A DNA stretch of 64,000 nucleotides from Acidobacteriota bacterium (lineage in GTDB: Bacteria > Acidobacteriota > Thermoanaerobaculia > Multivoradales > UBA5704), in the NCBI GenBank assembly GCA_040005235.1, contig JBDTZG010000011.1, positions 57,785 through 121,784 of the forward strand. Reading direction: 5' to 3'. This document shows, piece after piece, positions 30,490-39,609 of the stretch. Every line of letters starts with the position of its first letter. Position 1 is the first letter of the stretch. The notes beneath the pieces were generated by a model. The model saw only the letters and a list, made by a program, of their open reading frames with translations. It did not search any database and was not told where the DNA came from. A program made the translations under genes and the position numbers.

Positions 30490-31554
30490 TTACTCGGTAC
30501 CTGGAAGTTCTTTCCGCCCGGCGGTCGAGGCTCGCACCACGAGCACGGCCGGGATCGTTTCTTCGAGCGGCTCCGCGCCGCGTTCCTCCAAACCGGCGAG
30601 CAGCCGCGCCATCGCCCGCTCGCCCATCTCGGCGATCGCCACCCGGACGGAGGTGAGCGGCGGCGAGAGATAGCGCGCGATCGGCACGTCGTCGAACCCG
30701 GCGAGCGCCACGTCTTCGGGCACCGAAAGCCCCAGCTCTCGAAGCGCCGAAAGGCAGCCGATCGCCATTGCGTCGTTCGCCGCGAAAATTGCCGTCGGCC
30801 GCTCTTTCCGCCCGGTGAGAGCCAAGGCCGCCGCGCGGCCCGACTCCTCGCGAAAATCGCCGGAGACGAGCTGCTCCGGATCGAGCTCGACCCCGCGGGC
30901 ATCAAGAGCCGCGCGGAATCCGAGCAGCCGCGCCTCGGCGTCGGAGTTCTCCGAGGGTCCCGAGATCACCGCGATGCGCCGATGCCCGAGGTCGAGCAGA
31001 TGTTCGGCGACAGCTCGGGCTCCCCCCGAGTTGTCGATCCGCATCGAGGGGTGACTCCCCCGCGTGGGCGGATCGCCCAGAAAGACGGCGGGAACGCCCG
31101 GCGGAATCCGGATCGACCCGGCGTTCCGCGTCGAGGCCATGATGATCAAACCGTCGACCCGGCCGTGGAGGGCGCGAATCAACGCGTCGACTTCCGCGGG
31201 GTCGCTGTGCGAACCGGAGACCAGCAGGTGGTACCCCGCGCGCTTCGCGCCCAAGTCGATGCCGCGGATCAGCTCGGAGAAGAATTCGCCGTAGACGTCG
31301 GGTAAAATCACCCCGACGCTCGAGGTCCGCCGAGTGCTCAAAGATCGGGCGCCGCTGTGCGGCACGTACCCCAGCTCGGCCACCACTTCGAGCACCCGCT
31401 GGCGGGTGTCCGGGTGGATCGGCCCTTTGCCGTTCAAGACGCGCGAGATGGTCGCGACCGACACACGGGCCGCCGCCGCCACCTCTCGAATCGAGATGCT
31501 GGGGTTGCTCTTCGGGTCCAAGACGGAACCTCCCGAGATCAGAGTGCGCGTCAA
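30490..31554 (-). CDS. LacI-family transcriptional regulator
   Basis: SIREVAAAARVSVATISRVLN HTH, AGFDD, PPLTSV; start uncertain. Confidence 0.95.
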   Translation of the reverse strand: MTRTLISGGSVLDPKSNPSISIREVAAAARVSVATISRVLNGKGPIHPDTRQRVLEVVAELGYVPHSGARSLSTRRTSSVGVILPDVYGEFFSELIRGIDLGAKRAGYHLLVSGSHSDPAEVDALIRALHGRVDGLIIMASTRNAGSIRIPPGVPAVFLGDPPTRGSHPSMRIDNSGGARAVAEHLLDLGHRRIAVISGPSENSDAEARLLGFRAALDARGVELDPEQLVSGDFREESGRAAALALTGRKERPTAIFAANDAMAIGCLSALRELGLSVPEDVALAGFDDVPIARYLSPPLTSVRVAIAEMGERAMARLLAGLEERGAEPLEETIPAVLVVRASTAGRKELPGTE

Positions 31555-31563
31555 AACACTTGG

Positions 31564-31599
31564 GGTAAGCGTTTACAGCACGACGTGTAACCGGTTACA
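31564..31599. promoter_or_regulatory. Two LacI-type operators
   Basis: GGTAAGCGTTTACA (31564-31577) and perfect palindrome TGTAACCGGTTACA (31586-31599) between divergent lacI and GH1. Confidence 0.8.
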
Positions 31600-31647
31600 G
31601 TTGACGGGAATGTAACGCCATCGATTCCGCCGCGTCAAGGAGGCAAT

Positions 31648-32988
31648 GTGCCCGACACCTTCCCGCAGGGCTTCTTATGGGGTGCGGCGACCGCCGCCTA
31701 CCAGATCGAAGGCTCGCCGCTCGCCGACGGCGCGGGCCCGAGCATCTGGCATCGCTTCGCCCATACGCCCGGCCGGATGGCGAACGGCGACACCGGAGAC
31801 GTCGCCTGCGACCACTACCGCCGCTGGGCTGACGACGTGGCCTTGATGCGCGAGCTGAACTTGAACGCCTACCGCTTCTCGATCTCCTGGTCGCGCATCC
31901 TCCCCGAGGGCACCGGCCAAGTGAACCAGAAAGGCCTCGACTTCTACCGCCGCCTGGTCGAAGCACTCCGAGAGGCCGGAATCGCCCCCTCCGCCACGCT
32001 CTACCACTGGGACCTCCCCGCGGCGCTCGACGACCGGGGAGGCTGGCTCAACCGAGATTCCGCCGCCTGGTTTGGCGACTACGCCGAAGTCTGCTTCAAA
32101 GCCCTCGGCGACCAGGTCGAAATGTGGGCGACGCTCAACGAACCCTGGGTGATCGCCGACGGCGGCTACCTCTACGGAACCCTGGCCCCCGGCCACAGCA
32201 ACCTGTTCGAAGCCCCCCGCGTGGCCCACCACCTCCTGCTCGCCCACGCCACCGCGGTAGAAGCCTTCCGAACCCACGGCCCAGGAAAAATCGGCATCGT
32301 GGTGAACATCGAGCCCAAACACTCGGCCTCCGACTCGTCCGATGACCTAGCGGCCACCCAAAGAGCCGACGCCGCCATGAACCGCCACTACCTCGACCCC
32401 CTCTTCCTAGGCCGCTACCCGGAAGAGCTCGCCCAGGTCTACGGCCCCGCCTGGCCCCACTTCCCGGAAGCCGACCTCGACCGAATCCCCATCCCCTTCG
32501 ACTGGCTCGGCCTCAACTACTACACGAGAGCCGTCGTCCAAGCCGACCCTCGCGCCTGGCCCACCGGAGCCATCAAAGTCCACCAACCCCGCTCGACCTA
32601 CACCGAGACCCACTGGGAGGTCTACCCGCAAGGGCTAACCGAAACCCTCCAATGGCTCGCCGACCGCTACGGCCCCATCCCCCTCTACGTCACCGAAAAC
32701 GGAGCGGCGTTCTACGACCCGCCAACCGCGGAGGGTGGAAAGGTGGACGATCCGCTACGGGTCGAGTACCTGCGGGAGCACCTGCGGGCGGTGGGTAGAG
32801 CGATTGACGCCGGAGTGGACGTGCGGGGGTACTTCGCCTGGTCGCTATTCGACAATCTGGAGTGGAGCCTGGGGTACGCGAAACGGTTCGGGATCGTGCA
32901 TGTCGATTTCGCGACGTTGGAACGGACGGTGAAGGCTAGCGGGCGGTTTTATGCGGGGGTGGTTCGGGCGGGTGGCTGCAGATTTTAA
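31648..32988 (+). CDS. GH1 beta-glucosidase
   Basis: FLWGAATAAYQIEG, TLNEP, YVTENG, DNLEW..GY.KRFG. Confidence 0.96.
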   Translation: MPDTFPQGFLWGAATAAYQIEGSPLADGAGPSIWHRFAHTPGRMANGDTGDVACDHYRRWADDVALMRELNLNAYRFSISWSRILPEGTGQVNQKGLDFYRRLVEALREAGIAPSATLYHWDLPAALDDRGGWLNRDSAAWFGDYAEVCFKALGDQVEMWATLNEPWVIADGGYLYGTLAPGHSNLFEAPRVAHHLLLAHATAVEAFRTHGPGKIGIVVNIEPKHSASDSSDDLAATQRADAAMNRHYLDPLFLGRYPEELAQVYGPAWPHFPEADLDRIPIPFDWLGLNYYTRAVVQADPRAWPTGAIKVHQPRSTYTETHWEVYPQGLTETLQWLADRYGPIPLYVTENGAAFYDPPTAEGGKVDDPLRVEYLREHLRAVGRAIDAGVDVRGYFAWSLFDNLEWSLGYAKRFGIVHVDFATLERTVKASGRFYAGVVRAGGCRF

Positions 32989-33002
32989 GCACCATGCTGA
33001 TC

Positions 33003-33031
33003 TTGACATCCTATTTTTCGCAGAATATAAT
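33003..33031 (+). promoter_or_regulatory. Consensus sigma70 promoter
   Basis: TTGACA (33003-08)-N17-TATAAT (33026-31), then AAGGAG and GTG 33055. Confidence 0.85.
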
Positions 33032-33054
33032 TGGCTCTTTAAAGGAGAACCGCC

Positions 33055-33252
33055 GTGAAAAAGAAGCATCGTACGCTTACCTTGCGCCGAGAAACTGTTC
33101 GGGAGCTAGCCGCAGGAACGACCGGCTTTATAGCAGGCGGCGCTTCCCTTGCGGTGACCGTTTGCACAAGTTGCCGCCAAACCTGCGGGAGATCCTGCTG
33201 GTGCAGCGAAGATACTGCCAATTGCACCGCGGACTGTAGTGCGATTTGCTAA
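33055..33252 (+). CDS. Putative RiPP (lanthipeptide-like) precursor peptide
   Basis: Leader MKKKHRTLTLRRETVREL, double-Gly FIAGG, core with 8 Cys and 10 Ser/Thr; own promoter and RBS. Confidence 0.78.
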   Translation: MKKKHRTLTLRRETVRELAAGTTGFIAGGASLAVTVCTSCRQTCGRSCWCSEDTANCTADCSAIC

Positions 33253-33327
33253 CACGGTTCCTTCTGGGAGCTGAGTCGGTTCGTCGACCAAGAGCCGGCC
33301 TTCGTGAACGTGAGTCCTTAGAGTCAA
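33253..33327 (-). pseudogene. Truncated antitoxin-like N-terminal fragment
   Basis: TLRTHVHEGRLLVDEPTQLPEGTV resembles small antitoxin N-termini; similarity appears to stop at the precursor stop codon. Confidence 0.35.
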
Positions 33328-33399
33328 TGATGAAAGGATAACACGAGGACAGAAGGGCCTCGCCGCCCGGAAGGGTTGGTCGCCTCGCGCGGCGAGATC

Positions 33400-33825
33400 T
33401 CAACCCAACGAGGGCGTCTGGAGCGTGACCGACGGAAAATAGGTTCGGAAGCGCCCCCCGTCGGCTGTCGCGAGCGTCCACCCCTTTACCTGGGCATGCG
33501 CGCCGATGAAGAAATCGGGCAACGGCACGGAGGGAGCCTCGCGACCGGATTCAGCGCGTCGACGCTCTCGGTACTCCACATAAGCTTTAGCGCACGGCTC
33601 TGCGGCGGCAACCGGGACATCAAGGAGGGTGATTCCCCAACTTCGGAGCCGGTCGGCGACGGCAGCCGGTTCGGCTTCGCCAACGCAAACCTCCGCGAGG
33701 CAAACTGCATTGACTGCCGCTCCATCCTCCGACACCGCTTCGGCAATCGTTCGCTGTGCCCATTCGAAAAAGGGCGAAGGTTCGGTGAAAGCGTAGATCA
33801 GGACGTTGGTGTCGATGAGGATCAT
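33400..33825 (-). CDS. vapC: PIN-domain toxin (VapC)
   Basis: MILIDTNVL, CLAEV, LPDFFIGAHA, LATAD..RFRTYFP. Confidence 0.9.
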   Translation of the reverse strand: MILIDTNVLIYAFTEPSPFFEWAQRTIAEAVSEDGAAVNAVCLAEVCVGEAEPAAVADRLRSWGITLLDVPVAAAEPCAKAYVEYRERRRAESGREAPSVPLPDFFIGAHAQVKGWTLATADGGRFRTYFPSVTLQTPSLG

Positions 33826-34055
33826 GGTTCCCGGGTCATGGCCCTCAAGGCCTCCCAGGTCATTTTGGGTCGCAGGGGAGCTGCGGCCATGGCTTCGAGG
33901 CATCGATCCAGAGTCATCCTCGGTTCCGGCTTTGGATGCTCAAGGCGCACCAAGAGCAGGCGGCCTTCACCCTGACTCTGGATATCGAAGATGTCTCCGG
34001 GATTGACCGCAGGAAGTACCACTCGCCTTTTCGCATCCGCTGTCGCCGTAGCCAT
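33822..34055 (-). CDS. AbrB/MazE-like antitoxin (VapB)
   Basis: DAKRRVVLP...PGDIFDI N-terminus; ATGA overlap with the PIN toxin. Confidence 0.75.
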   Translation of the reverse strand: MATATADAKRRVVLPAVNPGDIFDIQSQGEGRLLLVRLEHPKPEPRMTLDRCLEAMAAAPLRPKMTWEALRAMTREP

Positions 34056-34241
34056 GGTGGGATTATCCCACCGAATCCTTAAGGACGCAACTGGCCGCCG
34101 AAAGCAGGATCGCGAAGCGGGCCGAAAGTCTGCGCATGCCGAATGCTGGCGACGAGAGGGCGGAAGCCGAACTTGAGAGGGTCCCGCTGCCGAATCCGTG
34201 CTTCCACTGTTCCAACCGTCGATTGCGGTGGATCGGGCCAG

Positions 34242-35786
34242 TTACCCCGGTTGATTCGGGGCAGCGGCCATTTCTTCCCGCAGCTCCTGGATCGCAGCGA
34301 ACAGGGTTTCTCGATCCTCTACAGGGAACACCACCACGACCTCCGGGGCGAGAGCATCAAACGCCTCTGGGCCGATCTTCTTTCTGAGGAGTGCCACTCG
34401 GACCAAATCGTCCTGCGGATCGAAGTCGGCGCTCAAGGAAAGTAGAAAGCCGGCCAAGGCTTCCCGCAGAGCTTCTGGGGCTCGACGGCTCGTGCGGTAG
34501 AGGTCTGAGAAGCTCTGGCAACACTTGGTCTGCCCGACTCTTTCTTCGATCGCCACGAAGATCGAACGGGCGGCCTGGAGGTGTTGCTCTCCTTCTTCGG
34601 TGCGGTGTTGAAAGGCGCACAGACGTCCCAAGGCCAGGAGCGTGTTGGCCTCGCCGAGGCGAAACTGATGTGACTGAAACAGCGCCAAGGCCTGCCCGTA
34701 GTGCGCCTCCGCCTCCTCTAGCCGGGAGGTTTGCGCGTACACCTCGCCCAAATTCAGCAGGGTGTTGGCTTCACCGTGACGATCACCGACCGATCGGAGG
34801 AGCGGTAGGGCCTCTTCGTAGTGCGACTCCGCCTCCGGCAGCCGATCCGTATGCCGGTACAGAACGCCCAAAGCTCCCAGGGTGTTCGCCTCGCCTAGGG
34901 GTTCTTGGCTCAACCGATATAGGGCCAACGCCTGCCGAAACAGCGGCTCCGCCTCCGGCCTTCGAGAGGTGCGCAGGTACAGATCGGCCAAAGACCGTAT
35001 CGTGTTGGCCTCGCCGACAGGCTCCTCGACCGACCGGTACAGTTCCAACGCTTCCTTGAATCGAGGCTCCGCCTCCGACGGCCGAGACATCCGGACATAG
35101 AGATCGCCCAGCGACAGCAGGGTGTTGGCCTCGCCGAGACGATGCTCGACCGACCGGTAGAGCGGCAAGGCCTCCCGGAAGCGCAACTCCGCCTCCGCCA
35201 GCCGGTCCGTCTGGGCGAACAGGACGCCCAGAGACCGGAGGGTGCTGGCTTCGCCCGGTCGATCCCCGGCCGACTGGTACAGCGGCAAGGCATCCTCATA
35301 ACGCGACTCCGCCTTCGAAAGATCGAAGGTCCGCGCGTATAGGTCGCCCTGGGCCTTGAGCGTATTGGCTTCGCCGAGAAGAGACTTCACCGACCGATAG
35401 ATCGGCAGTGCCTCCCAAAATAGCGACTCCGCTTCCTCCAACCTGGAGGTCCGCAGGTACAGGTCACCTATTGACTTGAGCGTATTGGCCTCACCGACGT
35501 GAGATTGGATCGACCGATAAAGCGGCAACGCCTCCCCAAAACGAACCTCCGACTCCGCCAGTCGAGAGATCCGCGAATACAGAAGGCCCAGAGCCAGAAC
35601 CGTATTGGCCTCGCCGTGTCGATCCTCCATCGACCGATAGAGAGCTAAAGCCTCGATATAAAGCGACTCCGCCTCCGAGGGCCGAGACCTTTGCACGTAC
35701 TGGTCGCCCTCTAAGAGCAACGCGTCGGCCTGCCGGCTCGTCGTTCCAGCCCAGCGACGGAGACTCTGGATCCACTTTGTGACCAT
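34242..35786 (-). CDS. TPR-only protein (about 10 repeats of 40 aa)
   Basis: Repeated GEANTL..LGDLY.RTSRL.EAE..F.EAL.LYRS with 120-bp period. Confidence 0.9.
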   Translation of the reverse strand: MVTKWIQSLRRWAGTTSRQADALLLEGDQYVQRSRPSEAESLYIEALALYRSMEDRHGEANTVLALGLLYSRISRLAESEVRFGEALPLYRSIQSHVGEANTLKSIGDLYLRTSRLEEAESLFWEALPIYRSVKSLLGEANTLKAQGDLYARTFDLSKAESRYEDALPLYQSAGDRPGEASTLRSLGVLFAQTDRLAEAELRFREALPLYRSVEHRLGEANTLLSLGDLYVRMSRPSEAEPRFKEALELYRSVEEPVGEANTIRSLADLYLRTSRRPEAEPLFRQALALYRLSQEPLGEANTLGALGVLYRHTDRLPEAESHYEEALPLLRSVGDRHGEANTLLNLGEVYAQTSRLEEAEAHYGQALALFQSHQFRLGEANTLLALGRLCAFQHRTEEGEQHLQAARSIFVAIEERVGQTKCCQSFSDLYRTSRRAPEALREALAGFLLSLSADFDPQDDLVRVALLRKKIGPEAFDALAPEVVVVFPVEDRETLFAAIQELREEMAAAPNQPG

Positions 35787-35910
35787 CGGAGGGACCTCGG
35801 GTTAGCTGCTAGTTCGGTCCCACAGTATGCCGTTTCGGCAATAGGGTGTCCCGCCCCACACCCTTTGCTGATTTGACGGTAGGCCTGGGTTTTCTTAGGC
35901 TCCCACTTCC

Positions 35911-36573
35911 GTGGTCTCCCGTCCGCTTCTCCTCGCCTGCCTTTGGCTCGCCGCGCTACCGGCGCTGGGGGAGAGGTTCGAATTCGTCCAGCCGGTGACG
36001 GGATCGACGCTGACGGCGGGGGACGAGGTGGCCGTCCGGTGGGCGGGTGCCCCCGCGGCGGTCCGGGAGATGGAGCTTTTGCTGTCGGTCGACGGCGGTC
36101 GTCGATTCGCGGTGCGGCTGACCCGCGAACTCGCGGGGGATGCTTCGACCTACCTTTGGCGCGTTCCCCAGCTGCCTTCGGGCGCTGCGCGGCTCGCGTT
36201 GCGAGTGAACCTGGACGGGCGCGAGGTGGAAGTGGGGACGAGCGCGCCGTTTGCGATCGCAGCCGGTGTCGAAACTGCGGGACCGGCCGGTTCGATCGAG
36301 CTGATCCGCGGCGAGCTCTGGTGGACGGAACGGGCGGTTCCGGGGAGTGAGGGAGAGCACCTGGCGCTCGCCGGGCTCGATGCGCCTCTGCCCGAGCCGC
36401 GGGTTCTGCCGGCGGCGGGCGAATCGATGCTCGCCGATCTTCGATCTCCCGCTTTTGCGCCGCGGCCGGCGGCGCTCTCGACCTACGTTCCCAGGATGCC
36501 GGCGGCCTCCGGCCAGCCCCTTTCGACGCGCCCCGAAGCGCGTGCCCTCCTGCTTTCCCCTCTGCGTATTTGA
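35911..36573 (+). CDS. Secreted protein: Ig-like domain plus Pro/Ala tail
   Basis: Signal peptide; ELLLSVDGG...YLWRVP; ends LLSPLRI; sits upstream of a TBDR. Confidence 0.7.
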   Translation: MVSRPLLLACLWLAALPALGERFEFVQPVTGSTLTAGDEVAVRWAGAPAAVREMELLLSVDGGRRFAVRLTRELAGDASTYLWRVPQLPSGAARLALRVNLDGREVEVGTSAPFAIAAGVETAGPAGSIELIRGELWWTERAVPGSEGEHLALAGLDAPLPEPRVLPAAGESMLADLRSPAFAPRPAALSTYVPRMPAASGQPLSTRPEARALLLSPLRI

Positions 36574-36740
36574 CGGCGCCGCCGGACCCCGACGGAACCT
36601 TTCGCGCGACCTCGGAATCTTCGAGGTCGTAGAGCTTTTCTTCCGGCGGCGTTACCGCCCGGTCGCGCTCCTCCATGAATCGAGACGATTCCATTCGCGC
36701 GACGAAGCGGTGGTGCCGCGGGACAAATAAGGACGCCCTC

Positions 36741-39608
36741 ATGCGTACTCTTCGTTCGACCGGCTCGATGCGCCTTTCGCGCTTCGCGCTCGCATTTCTC
36801 CTCTTGCTTGCCCCCCTTCTTCTCTCCCTGCCGCTCGCGGCGCAGGCCCCGGGCATCGGTGCGCTGCGCGGCCAGGTGGTCGATGCTTCGGGCGCGCCGA
36901 TTGGCGGCGCCGTGATCTCGGTATGGAACGAGGACACCGGCTTTACCCGTACCGTCTCGACCGACGCCCTGGGCACCTATGCCTTCTCCGGTCTGCCGCT
37001 CACCGGCCATTACGAGATCTCGTTTGCCCACGAAGGGCTCGCTGCCGAGAAGCGTTCGGGTCTGGAGCTGCGCGCCGGAGCGACCGCCACGGCCGATGCG
37101 GTGCTTCAGGCGCTGCCGGTGGAAGATGCGATCACCGTCTACGGCACGACCGAAGGGGTGCACGCGGATTCGCCCCAGATCGGCACGCGGATGGACGCCG
37201 AGCGGATCGCGGAGACGCCGATCCTCGGCGGCAAGGTGACGGCGTTGCCGCTGCTCAACTCGGCGGTGCGCTCCGCCCGCGGCACGGGCGATCTGTTCTT
37301 GAACAACACACTGTTCGTGATCGAGGGGGGCGGCCGGCGCCAGGCGACCTACGTGATCGACGGCAGCGGTGCCGACGACTCGTGGGGCCGGCAGACGATC
37401 TTCACCAACGTTCCGCTCGCCGCGATCCAGGAGTTCTCGGTCCTGACCAACGCTTTCTCCGCGGAGTACGGCCGGACGACCGGCGGCGCGATTAACCTGG
37501 TTACCCGTGCGGGAACCCATGACTTGAAGGGCGATTTCAACCTCACCGGGCGGCCGGGCGGCCTCCAGTCGAAGACCCCCGTCACCCAGCAGGACGCGCA
37601 GGACGAGCTGTGGCAGGGAAGCGTGTTCGTCGGCGGGCAGTTGATCCCCGACCGGGCGTATTTCTCGTTCGGCGGCGAGTACAACCGGCAAGATCGCGAC
37701 TCGGTGATCACCTCGGCTTTGGCGCCCGGCGTGTTCACCGGCGAATATCGCCAATCGCTCCTGTTCGGCCGCATCGACGCAGACCTGTCGCCCGCACATC
37801 ACCTGGTGGGGCGCGCGAACCTCGACCGCTTCACCGACTCGAATCCCGCCGACGCGGTGGGCGGCATCGCTCTGCCGAGCGCCGCGCGCACCTTCAAGCG
37901 GGCGGCCGAGGCGGCGCAGCTCGCGGAGAGCTGGGTGGTGAACGGCTCGACCTCGAACGACGCTCGGCTGGTCTGGCAGAACGGCGATCCGATCACCGAG
38001 TTCGAGCCGGCGCATCCTTCGACTCAGTTCGTCCGTCCGGGCGTTTCGACCGAAGGCGAGTCGCGCGTCGCGCACCTCACCAACCGGCAGGTGCAGTTTG
38101 CCGACACGGTCTCGGTCATCGCGGGCGAGCATCTGATCAAGGCGGGGGGCGATTACGTCCGGTCCCGTTCGGGCGGCGACGGCCAGGAGTTCGGCTCGCC
38201 GTTCACCCTCGGCCAGTTCACGTTCAAGACCGGCATTTCGCCGACCATCCCGACCTCGGCCCTCAAACTTTCGGACGTTGCGCGCTTCACCCAGGGGTTC
38301 GGCAACGTCGACTACAAGGTAACCGAGTCGCTTTGGTCGCTGTTCGCGCAGGATGATTACCGCGTCCGCCCCGATCTGGTATTGAACCTGGGGCTGCGCT
38401 ACGACCGGCAGAGCCTGACCGATGCCACCGACAACATTTCGCCGCGGCTCGGCTTCGCCTGGACGCCGGGCAAATCGGCGAAGACCACCTACCGCGGCGG
38501 CTACGGCATCTACTACTCAGAGATCCGCGCCAACATCGTCGCCGGCTGGGAGCTGGGCGGCCCGCAGGGCTTCTTCAACTTCAGCGCCGCCCCGGGACAG
38601 CTGGGATTCCCGACCTCGCTCAATCCCTTGCCGGCCTTCCCGCCGGGAGCCGTGCTGCCGCCGCGCGACATCACGATCCGGCCCGGCCGCGCCTCGTTCT
38701 ACAACCAGTTCTTCGACGTCTCTAAGCTCTCGGGCTATCCAAGCGAGCTCAAGAACCCCAAGACCGCGCAGGCGACGCTGGGCGCCGAGCACGACTTCGG
38801 CGGCGGCTGGTTCGGCAGCGCGGACGTGGTCCACGCCGTGACGACCGATATCGATCGCAACATCGACCTGAACGCCCCCTCGGCGTTCGTCCGCACCACC
38901 CCGGGCCAGACCCGCTCGGCGGCGGCCGCCGACCTCACCCGGCCGATCGTGCCGGTCGCGAACGGCTACCGGCGCATCCTCGTCACCATCAACCAGGGGG
39001 AGAGCCGCTACGACGCGCTGCAGCTCGACCTGCGCCATGAATGGTCGGGCCGCGGCTCGCTCCGGCTGTCGTATACCTGGTCGCACACCCGCAACAATTT
39101 CGAGGCCGACGCGCCGGGCGGCGACCCGAGCGACGCCCGCCTGCTCGGTTCCGAATTCGGCGACAGCCTGCTCGACCAGCGGCACCGCGTGGTGATTTCG
39201 GGCGCCGCCCACCTGCCGTTTGGCTTCGTCGCGGGCGGCGTCGGCCAGTACGCGACCGGCCGGCCCTACAACGCGACGACCGGCGCGGACAACAACGGCG
39301 ACGGCTCGAACGCCGACCGGCCGGTGATCGACGGCAACGTGATCAGCCGGAACGCCTTCCGCGGCGACAACCTCTACGACCTGACGCTGTTCGTCGAGCG
39401 CGGCTTCCGGGTTTCGGGGGCGGCGACGCTCACCCTGCGGGCGGAGGTGTTCAACATCACCGACCACGAAAACGTGGTGGGCCGAAACGCCGTCTACGGC
39501 AACGCCACTACGGCCGTGCCGCTCTCGACGTTTGGCCAGGAGCTGGGAGGCATCGCGAACGTCGATCCGGGGCGGCAGTTCCAGCTCGGCGCGCGGTTGC
39601 GCTTCTAA
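36741..39608 (+). CDS. TonB-dependent receptor (Oar-like)
   Basis: GQVVDASGAPIGGA N-domain, AIQEFSVLTNAFSAEYGR plug, FAQDDYRV, C-terminal RLRF. Confidence 0.92.
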   Translation: MRTLRSTGSMRLSRFALAFLLLLAPLLLSLPLAAQAPGIGALRGQVVDASGAPIGGAVISVWNEDTGFTRTVSTDALGTYAFSGLPLTGHYEISFAHEGLAAEKRSGLELRAGATATADAVLQALPVEDAITVYGTTEGVHADSPQIGTRMDAERIAETPILGGKVTALPLLNSAVRSARGTGDLFLNNTLFVIEGGGRRQATYVIDGSGADDSWGRQTIFTNVPLAAIQEFSVLTNAFSAEYGRTTGGAINLVTRAGTHDLKGDFNLTGRPGGLQSKTPVTQQDAQDELWQGSVFVGGQLIPDRAYFSFGGEYNRQDRDSVITSALAPGVFTGEYRQSLLFGRIDADLSPAHHLVGRANLDRFTDSNPADAVGGIALPSAARTFKRAAEAAQLAESWVVNGSTSNDARLVWQNGDPITEFEPAHPSTQFVRPGVSTEGESRVAHLTNRQVQFADTVSVIAGEHLIKAGGDYVRSRSGGDGQEFGSPFTLGQFTFKTGISPTIPTSALKLSDVARFTQGFGNVDYKVTESLWSLFAQDDYRVRPDLVLNLGLRYDRQSLTDATDNISPRLGFAWTPGKSAKTTYRGGYGIYYSEIRANIVAGWELGGPQGFFNFSAAPGQLGFPTSLNPLPAFPPGAVLPPRDITIRPGRASFYNQFFDVSKLSGYPSELKNPKTAQATLGAEHDFGGGWFGSADVVHAVTTDIDRNIDLNAPSAFVRTTPGQTRSAAAADLTRPIVPVANGYRRILVTINQGESRYDALQLDLRHEWSGRGSLRLSYTWSHTRNNFEADAPGGDPSDARLLGSEFGDSLLDQRHRVVISGAAHLPFGFVAGGVGQYATGRPYNATTGADNNGDGSNADRPVIDGNVISRNAFRGDNLYDLTLFVERGFRVSGAATLTLRAEVFNITDHENVVGRNAVYGNATTAVPLSTFGQELGGIANVDPGRQFQLGARLRF

Positions 39609-39609
39609 G

